Assembly (NCBI GenBank): GCA_963713865.1
Contig: OY970208.1
Span: forward strand, 960,001-1,024,000
DNA: 64,000 bases
Source of the DNA: an uncultured candidate division Zixibacteria bacterium
GTDB lineage: Bacteria; Zixibacteria; MSB-5A5; RBG-16-43-9
Direction of reading: 5' to 3'
Under the pieces are notes generated by a model. The model was not told where the DNA came from, ran no database searches, and saw only the letters and a program-made list of their open reading frames with translations. Positions 1 through 7,939 of the stretch are shown piece by piece. Within the stretch, counting starts at the first letter, position 1, and every line of letters begins with the position of its first letter. A program made the translations under genes and the position numbers.

Positions 1-1
1 G

Positions 2-631
2 GCAAAGAAGAGAGGATTGGATAAAAGCCCGCAGGTGAAAATAAGAATCGAACAGGCAGTCAAGGATGTGCTAGTTCTCAGTTTGTTAAAAGATCAGTCC
101 ATCAAGCAGATCCAGGTCTCAGAAGAAGAAGCTAAAAAATTTTATGAGCAGAACAGGGACTTTTTCAAAAGGGATCAGGACGAGATCAGAGCAAGCCACA
201 TCCTTTTTTCCACTCAAGCTCAGGCGGAAAACGCTTTTGACCGGATAAAAAAGGGGGAGGATTTCAAGCTCCTGGCTCAGGAATTGTCCCTTGATTCACA
301 GACCAGAAATTCAGGAGGAGATATCGGATATTTTGACCTCTCCAGTATGCCTCCGGTTATAGCTAACGTGGTATCTGAACTTCAGATCGGGAAAGTCTCC
401 GCCCCTTTTAAAACCGAAATGGGTTTTCATATCTTAAAGGTTACAGACAGAAAACCTAAAGGGAGCTTAAGAGAGTTTGCAGAGATCAAAGATAAGCTTA
501 TAGCTCAGATGAGCGAACAAAAAAAGAGCGAGGCGGTTACCAAACTCTTGGAGGAGTTAAAGAGTAAAGCTAAGATCGAGAAATACGATTGGGCAAAAGA
601 TACGCTAACCACAGAACAAAAAACCTTTTAA
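2..631 (+). CDS. PpiC/parvulin-type peptidyl-prolyl isomerase (PrsA-like), 5' truncated by the window
   Basis: IRASHILF, F..LA.E.S.D...GGDIG, GFHILKV rotamase motifs; frame open to the window edge. Confidence 0.9.
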   Translation, partial: AKKRGLDKSPQVKIRIEQAVKDVLVLSLLKDQSIKQIQVSEEEAKKFYEQNRDFFKRDQDEIRASHILFSTQAQAENAFDRIKKGEDFKLLAQELSLDSQTRNSGGDIGYFDLSSMPPVIANVVSELQIGKVSAPFKTEMGFHILKVTDRKPKGSLREFAEIKDKLIAQMSEQKKSEAVTKLLEELKSKAKIEKYDWAKDTLTTEQKTF

Positions 632-635
632 GCAG

Positions 636-1925
636 ATGAAAACCAGGATAATTTCTCTTCTTGTTATTTTTTATTTACTTTTTTTACCTTCAATTATTTT
701 TGCTCAGGAGAGCTTAGATCAAATCGTGGCTATAGTGGGCAAAGATATTATCCTGGATTCGGAGCTTAAGACTCAGCTCGAACTCTATCTGGCTCAGACA
801 GGTAAGAAAACTGAAAATCCTGAGGAATTAAATGACTTAAGAAAAACCCTTTTAGACCAGATGATAAATGATCGTCTCCTGCTGGCTAAAGCGGAGAAGG
901 ATACTCTCTTGAAGATAAACGACAATGAGATAGAGCAGACCCTGGAAGAGCAGTTAACTAAAATAAAAAGTCAGTTTTCGTCTGAGGAGGCTTTCCAGAA
1001 GGAGTTGAAAACCGAAGGGTTGACTGAGGCAGAGCTTAAAAGAAATTACCGGGAGCAGATCAAAGAGCAGCTTTTAAGAGATAAACTCATCTCCTCTAAG
1101 TTATCCAAGTCTAATATCTCCTCGAGAGAGGTTAAGGAGTTCTATCAGAGCTATAAAGATAGTCTGCCAGAACAACCTGAATCAGCCAAGCTTAGCCAGA
1201 TCCTCTTGAAAATAGAGCCAAGCCAGAAAACTCTGGACTCGCTGAAAGATTTCGCATCTATGATCTTAGCCAGAGCTAAAGCCGGTGAGGATTTCTCAGA
1301 ACTGGCAAAAAGATATTCAGAAGACCCCAGTGCTAAACAGGGCGGGGATTTAGGCTTTTTAAAAAGAGGTGAGATCTTGCCTGAATTTGAAATGAAAGCT
1401 TTTTCCCTTAATCCCGGTGAGATAAGCGATCTGGTTCAGACCTCTCTGGGTTATCATATAATTAAATTGGAAGAGAAAAAAGAAGAGGAGATTCATGTTC
1501 GCCATATTCTGATAAAGATAACACCATCCCAAGTTGATTCTGCAAAGATTTTAAGCCTGGCAGATACGCTTTATCAAAAACTAAAAAGTGGAGCAGATTT
1601 TGTCCAGTTGGTTAAAGACTATTCTCAGGATGATGAATCCAAGAAAAAAGGTGGGGAGATAGGTTGGTTTCCATTAGCCCAGCTTCCAGAAGAGTTAAAA
1701 GAAAAGATCGCTCAAACAGAAATTGGCCAGATAACTTCTCCGGTAATCACAGAGGAAGGTGTGCACATCCTGAAAATCCTGGATAGAAAAGAAAAAAGGG
1801 GGTTGACCCTGGAAGAGGATTACGATACGATTAAAGAGATGGCAAAAAGGAAAAAAGGAAGCGATGAGATTTTGAAATGGATCGAGGAGCTTAAGAGCAA
1901 AACTTATGTAGAGGTGAGGATTTAA
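636..1925 (+). CDS. surA: SurA-like periplasmic chaperone with two PPIase domains
   Basis: Signal peptide, LDQIVAIVG N-domain, two parvulin domains (GGDLGF, GGEIGW). Confidence 0.85.
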   Translation: MKTRIISLLVIFYLLFLPSIIFAQESLDQIVAIVGKDIILDSELKTQLELYLAQTGKKTENPEELNDLRKTLLDQMINDRLLLAKAEKDTLLKINDNEIEQTLEEQLTKIKSQFSSEEAFQKELKTEGLTEAELKRNYREQIKEQLLRDKLISSKLSKSNISSREVKEFYQSYKDSLPEQPESAKLSQILLKIEPSQKTLDSLKDFASMILARAKAGEDFSELAKRYSEDPSAKQGGDLGFLKRGEILPEFEMKAFSLNPGEISDLVQTSLGYHIIKLEEKKEEEIHVRHILIKITPSQVDSAKILSLADTLYQKLKSGADFVQLVKDYSQDDESKKKGGEIGWFPLAQLPEELKEKIAQTEIGQITSPVITEEGVHILKILDRKEKRGLTLEEDYDTIKEMAKRKKGSDEILKWIEELKSKTYVEVRI

Positions 1926-1932
1926 ACCTGAA

Positions 1933-2208
1933 TTGCGTTTAGACCAATTCCTTTCCATATCCCGGCTTTTAAAGAGAAGGACTCAGGCAAAATTAGCCTG
2001 CGATAAAGGGCTGGTATATGTAGATGGGATTAAAGCCAAACCAGGCAAAGAAGTTAAGGTGGGGCAGAAGATTATCTTAGATTTTACTAACAGGAAAATT
2101 GAATTAGAGGTATTAAAACTCCCTCCCAAAAGTTTAAGAAAAGAGGAAACAAAGGAGTTATACCGTATCATCTCAGAAGAAAAGAAAAATGACAGTCTTT
2201 TCGAATAA
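1933..2208 (+). CDS. S4-domain RNA-binding protein (Hsp15/RqcP-like)
   Basis: MRLDQFL..SRLLKRRTQAK.AC..G.V...G..AKPG S4 motif; TTG start. Confidence 0.85.
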   Translation: MRLDQFLSISRLLKRRTQAKLACDKGLVYVDGIKAKPGKEVKVGQKIILDFTNRKIELEVLKLPPKSLRKEETKELYRIISEEKKNDSLFE

Positions 2209-2276
2209 CCCGATAGATCCACCCTGTCATCAATGAGGATTAATTCTTTATCTTGACCTTTTGTCTCAAATCACTT

Positions 2277-2301
2277 AGGGGTGGAGATTATCTCCACCCC
2301 T
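2277..2301. terminator. Hairpin between convergent genes, probable terminator
   Basis: AGGGGTGGAGA-TTA-TCTCCACCCCT followed by a T-rich tract. Confidence 0.6.
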
Positions 2302-2349
2302 TTCTTATTATAGTTAGATTTCTTTACTGTTTTGGAGATATTATCTTTT

Positions 2350-4443
2350 TCAAGAACAACTCCAGCAATCTGTATTACAAGTTGGAGCTGGACCTCCTTT
2401 GAAAAGATAGTTGATTAGCCAAACTACATCCGCCACACTTACATTACAATCGCCATTGGTATCCCCCTTCCATAAAGGCTCAAATCCAGGACCTAACTTA
2501 AAGAGATAATTTATCAGGTAAACTATATCTGCAAGCGATACTTTACCATCACAATTAACATCTCCGGAAACCGGGAGTATTATATGATGCTGGGCAAAAA
2601 TCTTTATCAAATGCTCTTTCTCCCAGTCTTCCAGTCCAGGATAGCTCTGCCAGTAGTTCATAAACTCAATCATATTCTGAGGTTTATTGGTTTTAAAGAT
2701 ATCAAAAATCTTTGCAAATTCATCATGTAATTCATAATATTCTGTATTACTACGTTCGTTTGGATAATCAATATTTGCATCCTCCATATCATACCAGGCA
2801 CTTGCCACTGCTCCTTCTACTATAGAGCCATCAACATTTTTCCCATCAGGTCCTGCCCACCAATCGTTGTTTTCAAGGTCCCAACCATTATCCTTTAAAT
2901 ATCTGGCTTTATCTCCTGTTATAACACAACTTAAATATTCAGCCCACCCCTCATCAAAGGCACAGGAGGGGGTGGAGGTGGTATTAAAAGAATGGATAAG
3001 GGGACATCCCATGGTATGCATTGAGTTGAGATTCCAGGCTTTTACCTGGATAAGATGGGCATATTCATGAATCGGAGCATATAATCTATACCCAAAATTA
3101 GGGGGACCCATACTTGTTAGATACATCCAGTATATCTGATACAGGGAATCATATGCGCTATATGCAAGACCGTTTATATTGTTGTAATCATACATGACCA
3201 GAACAGGAGGGGTGTCCCAGGGGTAAGGGGGGACTGTTTGGATTAAATATTTTGTTTCTTGTAGATAGTGATAGCTATAACAAGCTCTAGCGAACATAGT
3301 ATCTTGCTCTTCACGAGATTGCTCGTCTTTTACTAAATTAAAGGAGTTATCAGGTCCTAAAGTGTCAGTAGAGGTACATATCAGAGAGTCATTACCCCAG
3401 ATTTTAACAGCCAACGAGTTATCCTGGTTAACTAAATGGAATTTCACATAAATAGGATGCTCTACGCGGGGGAGAAAAGTCACGAAATACCCGGATCTAT
3501 CTGTATATAGAGATTCTGTAGCAAATAAGTAACCTGTTACTCCATCCCAGATTGAGACTAGAACATTTGGTAGGGAAACTATCTGAGGATAATAAGAATA
3601 GTCGGCATATTGGTCATCATAGTTCACATATTTCAATTCTCCTGAAACACAAACATCCTCACAATAGGAAGACATGGCACCAGCCAGGGGCCAGGATGGT
3701 TTGCTTATGGCTCCATACATAGATACTAACCTCATCCGGATGTAATAATAATCCACGCACTTCAACCAGTTAAGTGTTTTGGAAGTGTAGTCGCAGTCCA
3801 GGACTGAAGCCTCTCCTTCTATTATATTGTCATCATTCAATAAATCTGCGTTCCTGTTCCATTCTATCTTGTAACTTACACATTGAGTGTCAAAAACCGG
3901 GGTCCAGCTCACATCAATCTCTCTTTGACCTGTGCCAGTGTTTGCCCATACATATGCAGGCGGGTCTGGTGGAACATGATAACGCACCTTCAATGTCCAG
4001 GTATCCAGCGTGCCAGTTATACCTTGATCACAATCACTTATCTTCAACTTCCAATTCGCATTTGCCTTTAAACCAAAAAAGCTCCAGTCTTCAGTCTTAG
4101 AAAAGGTGGAGCCATGCACGCTCCCATAACTCCATAAAACCTCATAGTGCATTGTGTCATCATCATATTGCAATACCACCACTAAATCCCTGGACCAATT
4201 ATGTGAGACTGCAAAATAAATATCTATTGAAAGAACTATAGCCTCATCTGGAGCAAGAGTATTATTATAGCTCTCAACCTCATCTCCACATTCATTTTCT
4301 CCCGTACCATCTGGAATATATAAATAAGGTGAGCTGGTTACAGTAGTCGAGTCTTCATAGGCCTCAGCTAACTCATACCTGAAGAAAGGCAGGATAAAAA
4401 ATAAAAGCAGAAAAACCCTTAAATAAGCTTTAATATTCACCAA
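2350..4443 (-). CDS. Secreted zinc metalloprotease (gluzincin-like) with P-domain-like, FN3-like and C-terminal dockerin-like domains
   Basis: Signal peptide; NWKLKISD...GTLDTWTL P-domain-like; HEYAH then EGWAEY; GDVNCDG..LINYLFK repeat x2. Confidence 0.7.
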   Translation of the reverse strand: MVNIKAYLRVFLLLFFILPFFRYELAEAYEDSTTVTSSPYLYIPDGTGENECGDEVESYNNTLAPDEAIVLSIDIYFAVSHNWSRDLVVVLQYDDDTMHYEVLWSYGSVHGSTFSKTEDWSFFGLKANANWKLKISDCDQGITGTLDTWTLKVRYHVPPDPPAYVWANTGTGQREIDVSWTPVFDTQCVSYKIEWNRNADLLNDDNIIEGEASVLDCDYTSKTLNWLKCVDYYYIRMRLVSMYGAISKPSWPLAGAMSSYCEDVCVSGELKYVNYDDQYADYSYYPQIVSLPNVLVSIWDGVTGYLFATESLYTDRSGYFVTFLPRVEHPIYVKFHLVNQDNSLAVKIWGNDSLICTSTDTLGPDNSFNLVKDEQSREEQDTMFARACYSYHYLQETKYLIQTVPPYPWDTPPVLVMYDYNNINGLAYSAYDSLYQIYWMYLTSMGPPNFGYRLYAPIHEYAHLIQVKAWNLNSMHTMGCPLIHSFNTTSTPSCAFDEGWAEYLSCVITGDKARYLKDNGWDLENNDWWAGPDGKNVDGSIVEGAVASAWYDMEDANIDYPNERSNTEYYELHDEFAKIFDIFKTNKPQNMIEFMNYWQSYPGLEDWEKEHLIKIFAQHHIILPVSGDVNCDGKVSLADIVYLINYLFKLGPGFEPLWKGDTNGDCNVSVADVVWLINYLFKGGPAPTCNTDCWSCS

Positions 4444-5512
4444 CTGTCACCCCTTTCTTCTTAAAATATTTAAAGAAGATTTTAGATTCTTTTTGAGTTC
4501 TAACTATATATAATAATTTACCATCTTTATCCAAATGATACCGAGCAAGGAATCTATCATTCTTTGGCTTAACCCCCTCTCTTGGCGGCTCCTCAATACC
4601 AAGAGCAAAGCTATTCGCACCTAACCTTGGAGGCACTACCTTGAAAGAACCCTCCAGGGTGTCGCCTTTGGTAATCGGTCCGGGTAGCATTTTAAAGCTA
4701 ATTTTACCATCACGAGTTACTATTTTCATCCCATCTGGATAATAATCCTTGGTTATAACCCGGTAATAAACCGTTGAAGTATCATTTAAAGAAAGAGGCG
4801 GAGTTATATGAAATAGATTGGTTACATACTGACCATTGAATTTTACATAAATCTCCCTATCAGTTATAAGAGGATGGAAAGGTAAATCGCTTTCTGGGAA
4901 ACCACCTCTATTTGAAAGGTGAACCAGCTCTCCGTTCTCATCAAAACCAAAGTAGAAACAGGGTTCTACTGTTTCCAATTGAATACATATTCCATGCCTC
5001 CCTATTTCCCTGGGTACTATAGTGATACTTCCTTCATAAATATCACCTTTCTTAATGGGACGATGCCATTTAGGCTCAAGTTCTGTAAAATCCATATTTT
5101 CTTCACTGGCATGTACTATAAAACGAGGGTCTTGGTTATAAGGGGGTTGTTGAGCTTCTTCAGGTCTTATATCCCAGTTCCAGCAGGATTTTAATTTTAC
5201 ATAAATCTTAGAGGGTTTATTCAATTCTGGTAAAGGTTCAAACCTAATCTGCCAAGCAAAAGAAGCCCTTCCATCACAGGAATCCAAAGGTTGACCCCAT
5301 CTATATTCAAAAACCTGTCTTATCTCCTGTTTGGGTTCCTCATGTGTTGTATCTACACCCGGTGGTAGAGATGGCTTTGGCCATTTCTTAGTAATTATAT
5401 CTTTAGCTGTCTTACCATCAGAAAAGATCGTCCCAGGTAAAAAATAATATCCTACAAGAATAACTACCAATAAAATACTTAAACCCAAACCTAATCTTTT
5501 CTTGTTGTTCAT
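4430..5512 (-). CDS. Hypothetical exported protein, paralogue 3 (two internal beta-rich repeats)
   Basis: N-terminal hydrophobic anchor; C-terminal half nearly identical to 5544-6623. Confidence 0.8.
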   Translation of the reverse strand: MNNKKRLGLGLSILLVVILVGYYFLPGTIFSDGKTAKDIITKKWPKPSLPPGVDTTHEEPKQEIRQVFEYRWGQPLDSCDGRASFAWQIRFEPLPELNKPSKIYVKLKSCWNWDIRPEEAQQPPYNQDPRFIVHASEENMDFTELEPKWHRPIKKGDIYEGSITIVPREIGRHGICIQLETVEPCFYFGFDENGELVHLSNRGGFPESDLPFHPLITDREIYVKFNGQYVTNLFHITPPLSLNDTSTVYYRVITKDYYPDGMKIVTRDGKISFKMLPGPITKGDTLEGSFKVVPPRLGANSFALGIEEPPREGVKPKNDRFLARYHLDKDGKLLYIVRTQKESKIFFKYFKKKGVTVGEY

Positions 5513-5543
5513 AAATATTCCTCCTTAAACTCTTAAATAAGTT

Positions 5544-6623
5544 TTAATATTCACCAACTGTCACCCCTTTCTTCTTATAATATTCATAGAAGATTTTAGA
5601 TTCTTTTTGAGTTTTAACTATATATAATAATCTACCATCTTTATCTAAATGATAGAGAGCAATGAATCTATCATTCTTTGGCTTAACTCCCTCTCTTGGC
5701 GGCTCCTCAATATCAAGAGCAAAACCATTCGCACCTGACCTTGAAGGCACTACCTTAAAAGAGCCCTCCAGGGTATCGCCCTTGGTAATCGGGCCGGGTA
5801 ACATCTTAAAGCTAATTTTACCATCACGAGTTACTATTTTCATCCCATCTGGATAATAATCTTTGGTTATAACCCGGTAATAAACCGTTGAAGTATCGTT
5901 CAAAGAAAGAGGTGGAGTTATATGAAAAAGATTGGTAACGTAAGTTCCACCAAATTTTACGTAAATCTCATTCTCAGTTATAGCTGGATGGTTAGGTAAA
6001 TCATTCTTTGGGAAAATACCTCTATCTGAGAGATGAACTAGTTCCCCCTTTTCATTAAAACCAAAATTTAAGAAGGTCTCAAACCTTCCTCCTATTATGT
6101 GTAATCTGTATTTACCAATCTCTCTCGGTACAATGGCGATTGTTCCATCATAGATTTCACCCTTTTTAATAGGATATAGCCACCTGGGTTCAACAAATGG
6201 AGTATAGTCCAGAGCATTTTCATCAGAAGATACTCTAAAGAGAGGACCCTCGTTATAAATGGGATGAGATCCAACACCACTGGTCTTCATTTCCCAGCAG
6301 GATTTTAACTTCACATAAATATTGGATGGTTTATTTACCTGGGGTAAAGGGTCAAACTTTATCTGCCATAAATAGGAGTCCCATCCATCACATGAGTCCA
6401 CAGGCAGATCCCATTTATACTCAAAAACCTGTTTTATCTCTTGCTTGGGTGGCTCGTTTTTAGTTTTTGGTATATTTAATTTTTTTATTTTCTTATATAC
6501 CTCATCAACGGCTGGCTGCCCATTAGTAAAAACAAAGTTAGGCAAATACCAGAAAAACCCAAGCAAAATTACCAGCAAAACACTTAGGCTTAAACCTAAT
6601 CTTTTCTTGTTATTCATAACCAT
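5544..6623 (-). CDS. Hypothetical exported protein, paralogue 2
   Basis: Same MNNKKRLGL start and GVTVGEY end as 4430-5512; GGAGG RBS. Confidence 0.8.
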   Translation of the reverse strand: MVMNNKKRLGLSLSVLLVILLGFFWYLPNFVFTNGQPAVDEVYKKIKKLNIPKTKNEPPKQEIKQVFEYKWDLPVDSCDGWDSYLWQIKFDPLPQVNKPSNIYVKLKSCWEMKTSGVGSHPIYNEGPLFRVSSDENALDYTPFVEPRWLYPIKKGEIYDGTIAIVPREIGKYRLHIIGGRFETFLNFGFNEKGELVHLSDRGIFPKNDLPNHPAITENEIYVKFGGTYVTNLFHITPPLSLNDTSTVYYRVITKDYYPDGMKIVTRDGKISFKMLPGPITKGDTLEGSFKVVPSRSGANGFALDIEEPPREGVKPKNDRFIALYHLDKDGRLLYIVKTQKESKIFYEYYKKKGVTVGEY

Positions 6624-6638
6624 TCCTCCTTTACTCCT

Positions 6639-7568
6639 CTATTTTTTCTGAGGTGTTTCTTTGTCTATAGATTTAAGTTTGCCTTGTTCGTCCAGATTAA
6701 AGATAACCTTAAAATCCTTTTTTCCAAAAGAAATTTTATCAAGTTCGGGTGCTTGCTCTACCTGTAGAATAAAATAACCATCTCCGGTCTTTGTAGGTAT
6801 AATCTGGAAATAACTTTTATAGTGATAAACCGAACCTATGGTATCTGAAGCTCTATCTGGTAGTTCTATTATATCCAATCCATCAGAACCGATTAGAGAA
6901 ATCTTCAAATCCTGCGGAATCTCATCCTTTATTACAATATGATACAAGACCAGAGAGGTATCATTTAAAGAAGGGGGAGGGTTTATCCTGAAACTGTTGG
7001 TAAAGCTGGCTTCTTCAAATTTTAATATAATCGCATTATTTTCAGGGATGGATTTTCTTCCCTGAAGAGAGACTAACTTCCCGGATTCATCAAAACTGAA
7101 AAAGACATGAAAAACCGATTCAGTCTTCTCTGCGCAGGCGGAACTGGTGTTAATTTTAATCCCGATTACATAATCACCGGGCTTTTCTGCTTTAAAACTG
7201 AATTTACCCTCATAAATATCTCCCTTCTTAACTGGAGGATTCCACCCTGGCTCTATTTCGCTACATTCAAAGGCTCCTGTTACATCCCCTTTATGATAGG
7301 CTCTCAAAATACTTATTACTGGCGTCTGATAGCAGAACTGGTGTGCTTGTAATTTAAGAATAACGGTTGTGGTTTTACCTAATTCAGGTAAAGATTCAAA
7401 GGTTATCAAAGCTGAATAAGGGTAAAGCTTAATCTCATCTTCGTTAAACTGAAGTCCCCATTGATAATTAATCGTATGTTCGATATTTTCTTCTCCATTA
7501 AGCAAGTTAGAAGAAAATAGCCATAGGTTAATCGTTAATAACATAAATCCATATTTAAACATTTTCAT
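6639..7568 (-). CDS. Hypothetical exported protein, divergent paralogue 1
   Basis: Signal peptide; shares KKGDIYEG, F.FDE.G.LV.L, PP.SLNDTS.V.Y, LD..G.L motifs with the two downstream genes; GGAGGT RBS. Confidence 0.8.
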   Translation of the reverse strand: MKMFKYGFMLLTINLWLFSSNLLNGEENIEHTINYQWGLQFNEDEIKLYPYSALITFESLPELGKTTTVILKLQAHQFCYQTPVISILRAYHKGDVTGAFECSEIEPGWNPPVKKGDIYEGKFSFKAEKPGDYVIGIKINTSSACAEKTESVFHVFFSFDESGKLVSLQGRKSIPENNAIILKFEEASFTNSFRINPPPSLNDTSLVLYHIVIKDEIPQDLKISLIGSDGLDIIELPDRASDTIGSVYHYKSYFQIIPTKTGDGYFILQVEQAPELDKISFGKKDFKVIFNLDEQGKLKSIDKETPQKK

Positions 7569-7709
7569 GTCACCTCCAGATTAATCTTTCCCAATCTTGA
7601 ACTTTTAAGCATACTTTCTTTTCTTCCTCCGCCCGGGCCCACGTTACCCGGGCGGATGATTGGAACTACAAGAAAGAAGTAAAAGAGGTAAAAACCTGCT
7701 AAGGTGTGT

Positions 7710-7725
7710 ATCAAAAAATATGCCA
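7710..7725 (-). promoter_or_regulatory. Putative sigma54 -24/-12 promoter
   Basis: Minus strand TGGCAT-ATTTT-TTGAT versus consensus TGGCAC-N5-TTGCW; correct spacing, -12 GC is GA. Confidence 0.55.
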
Positions 7726-7833
7726 GCTTAATAAAAACATCGCTCTCTCGATACTAACTCTTTGTGTATAAAAAAGATGGGGTGAAAAGAATTGGAAATC
7801 TCAGATGTAAAAATATGGAGAATAAAAAAATCT

Positions 7834-7938
7834 ATTTCAAGTATGAAATGACTAATTAATAAAAATTCAGATAATGTGTTGTTTAAATTAGACTTATGAG
7901 TATTTCAAGAATGAAATGGGATTTTGCAGAAATGAAAT
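7834..7938. promoter_or_regulatory. Putative enhancer (UAS) palindromes ATTTCA-N4-TGAAAT
   Basis: Perfect copies at 7834-7849 and 7902-7917; degenerate copy TTTGCA-N4-TGAAAT at 7923-7938. Confidence 0.6.
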
Positions 7939-7939
7939 A

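Noticed and set aside
4430-6623. CRISPR array or DGR suggested by long direct repeats
   Set aside because: The repeats are paralogous coding sequence; there is no short repeat-spacer periodicity and no cas gene.
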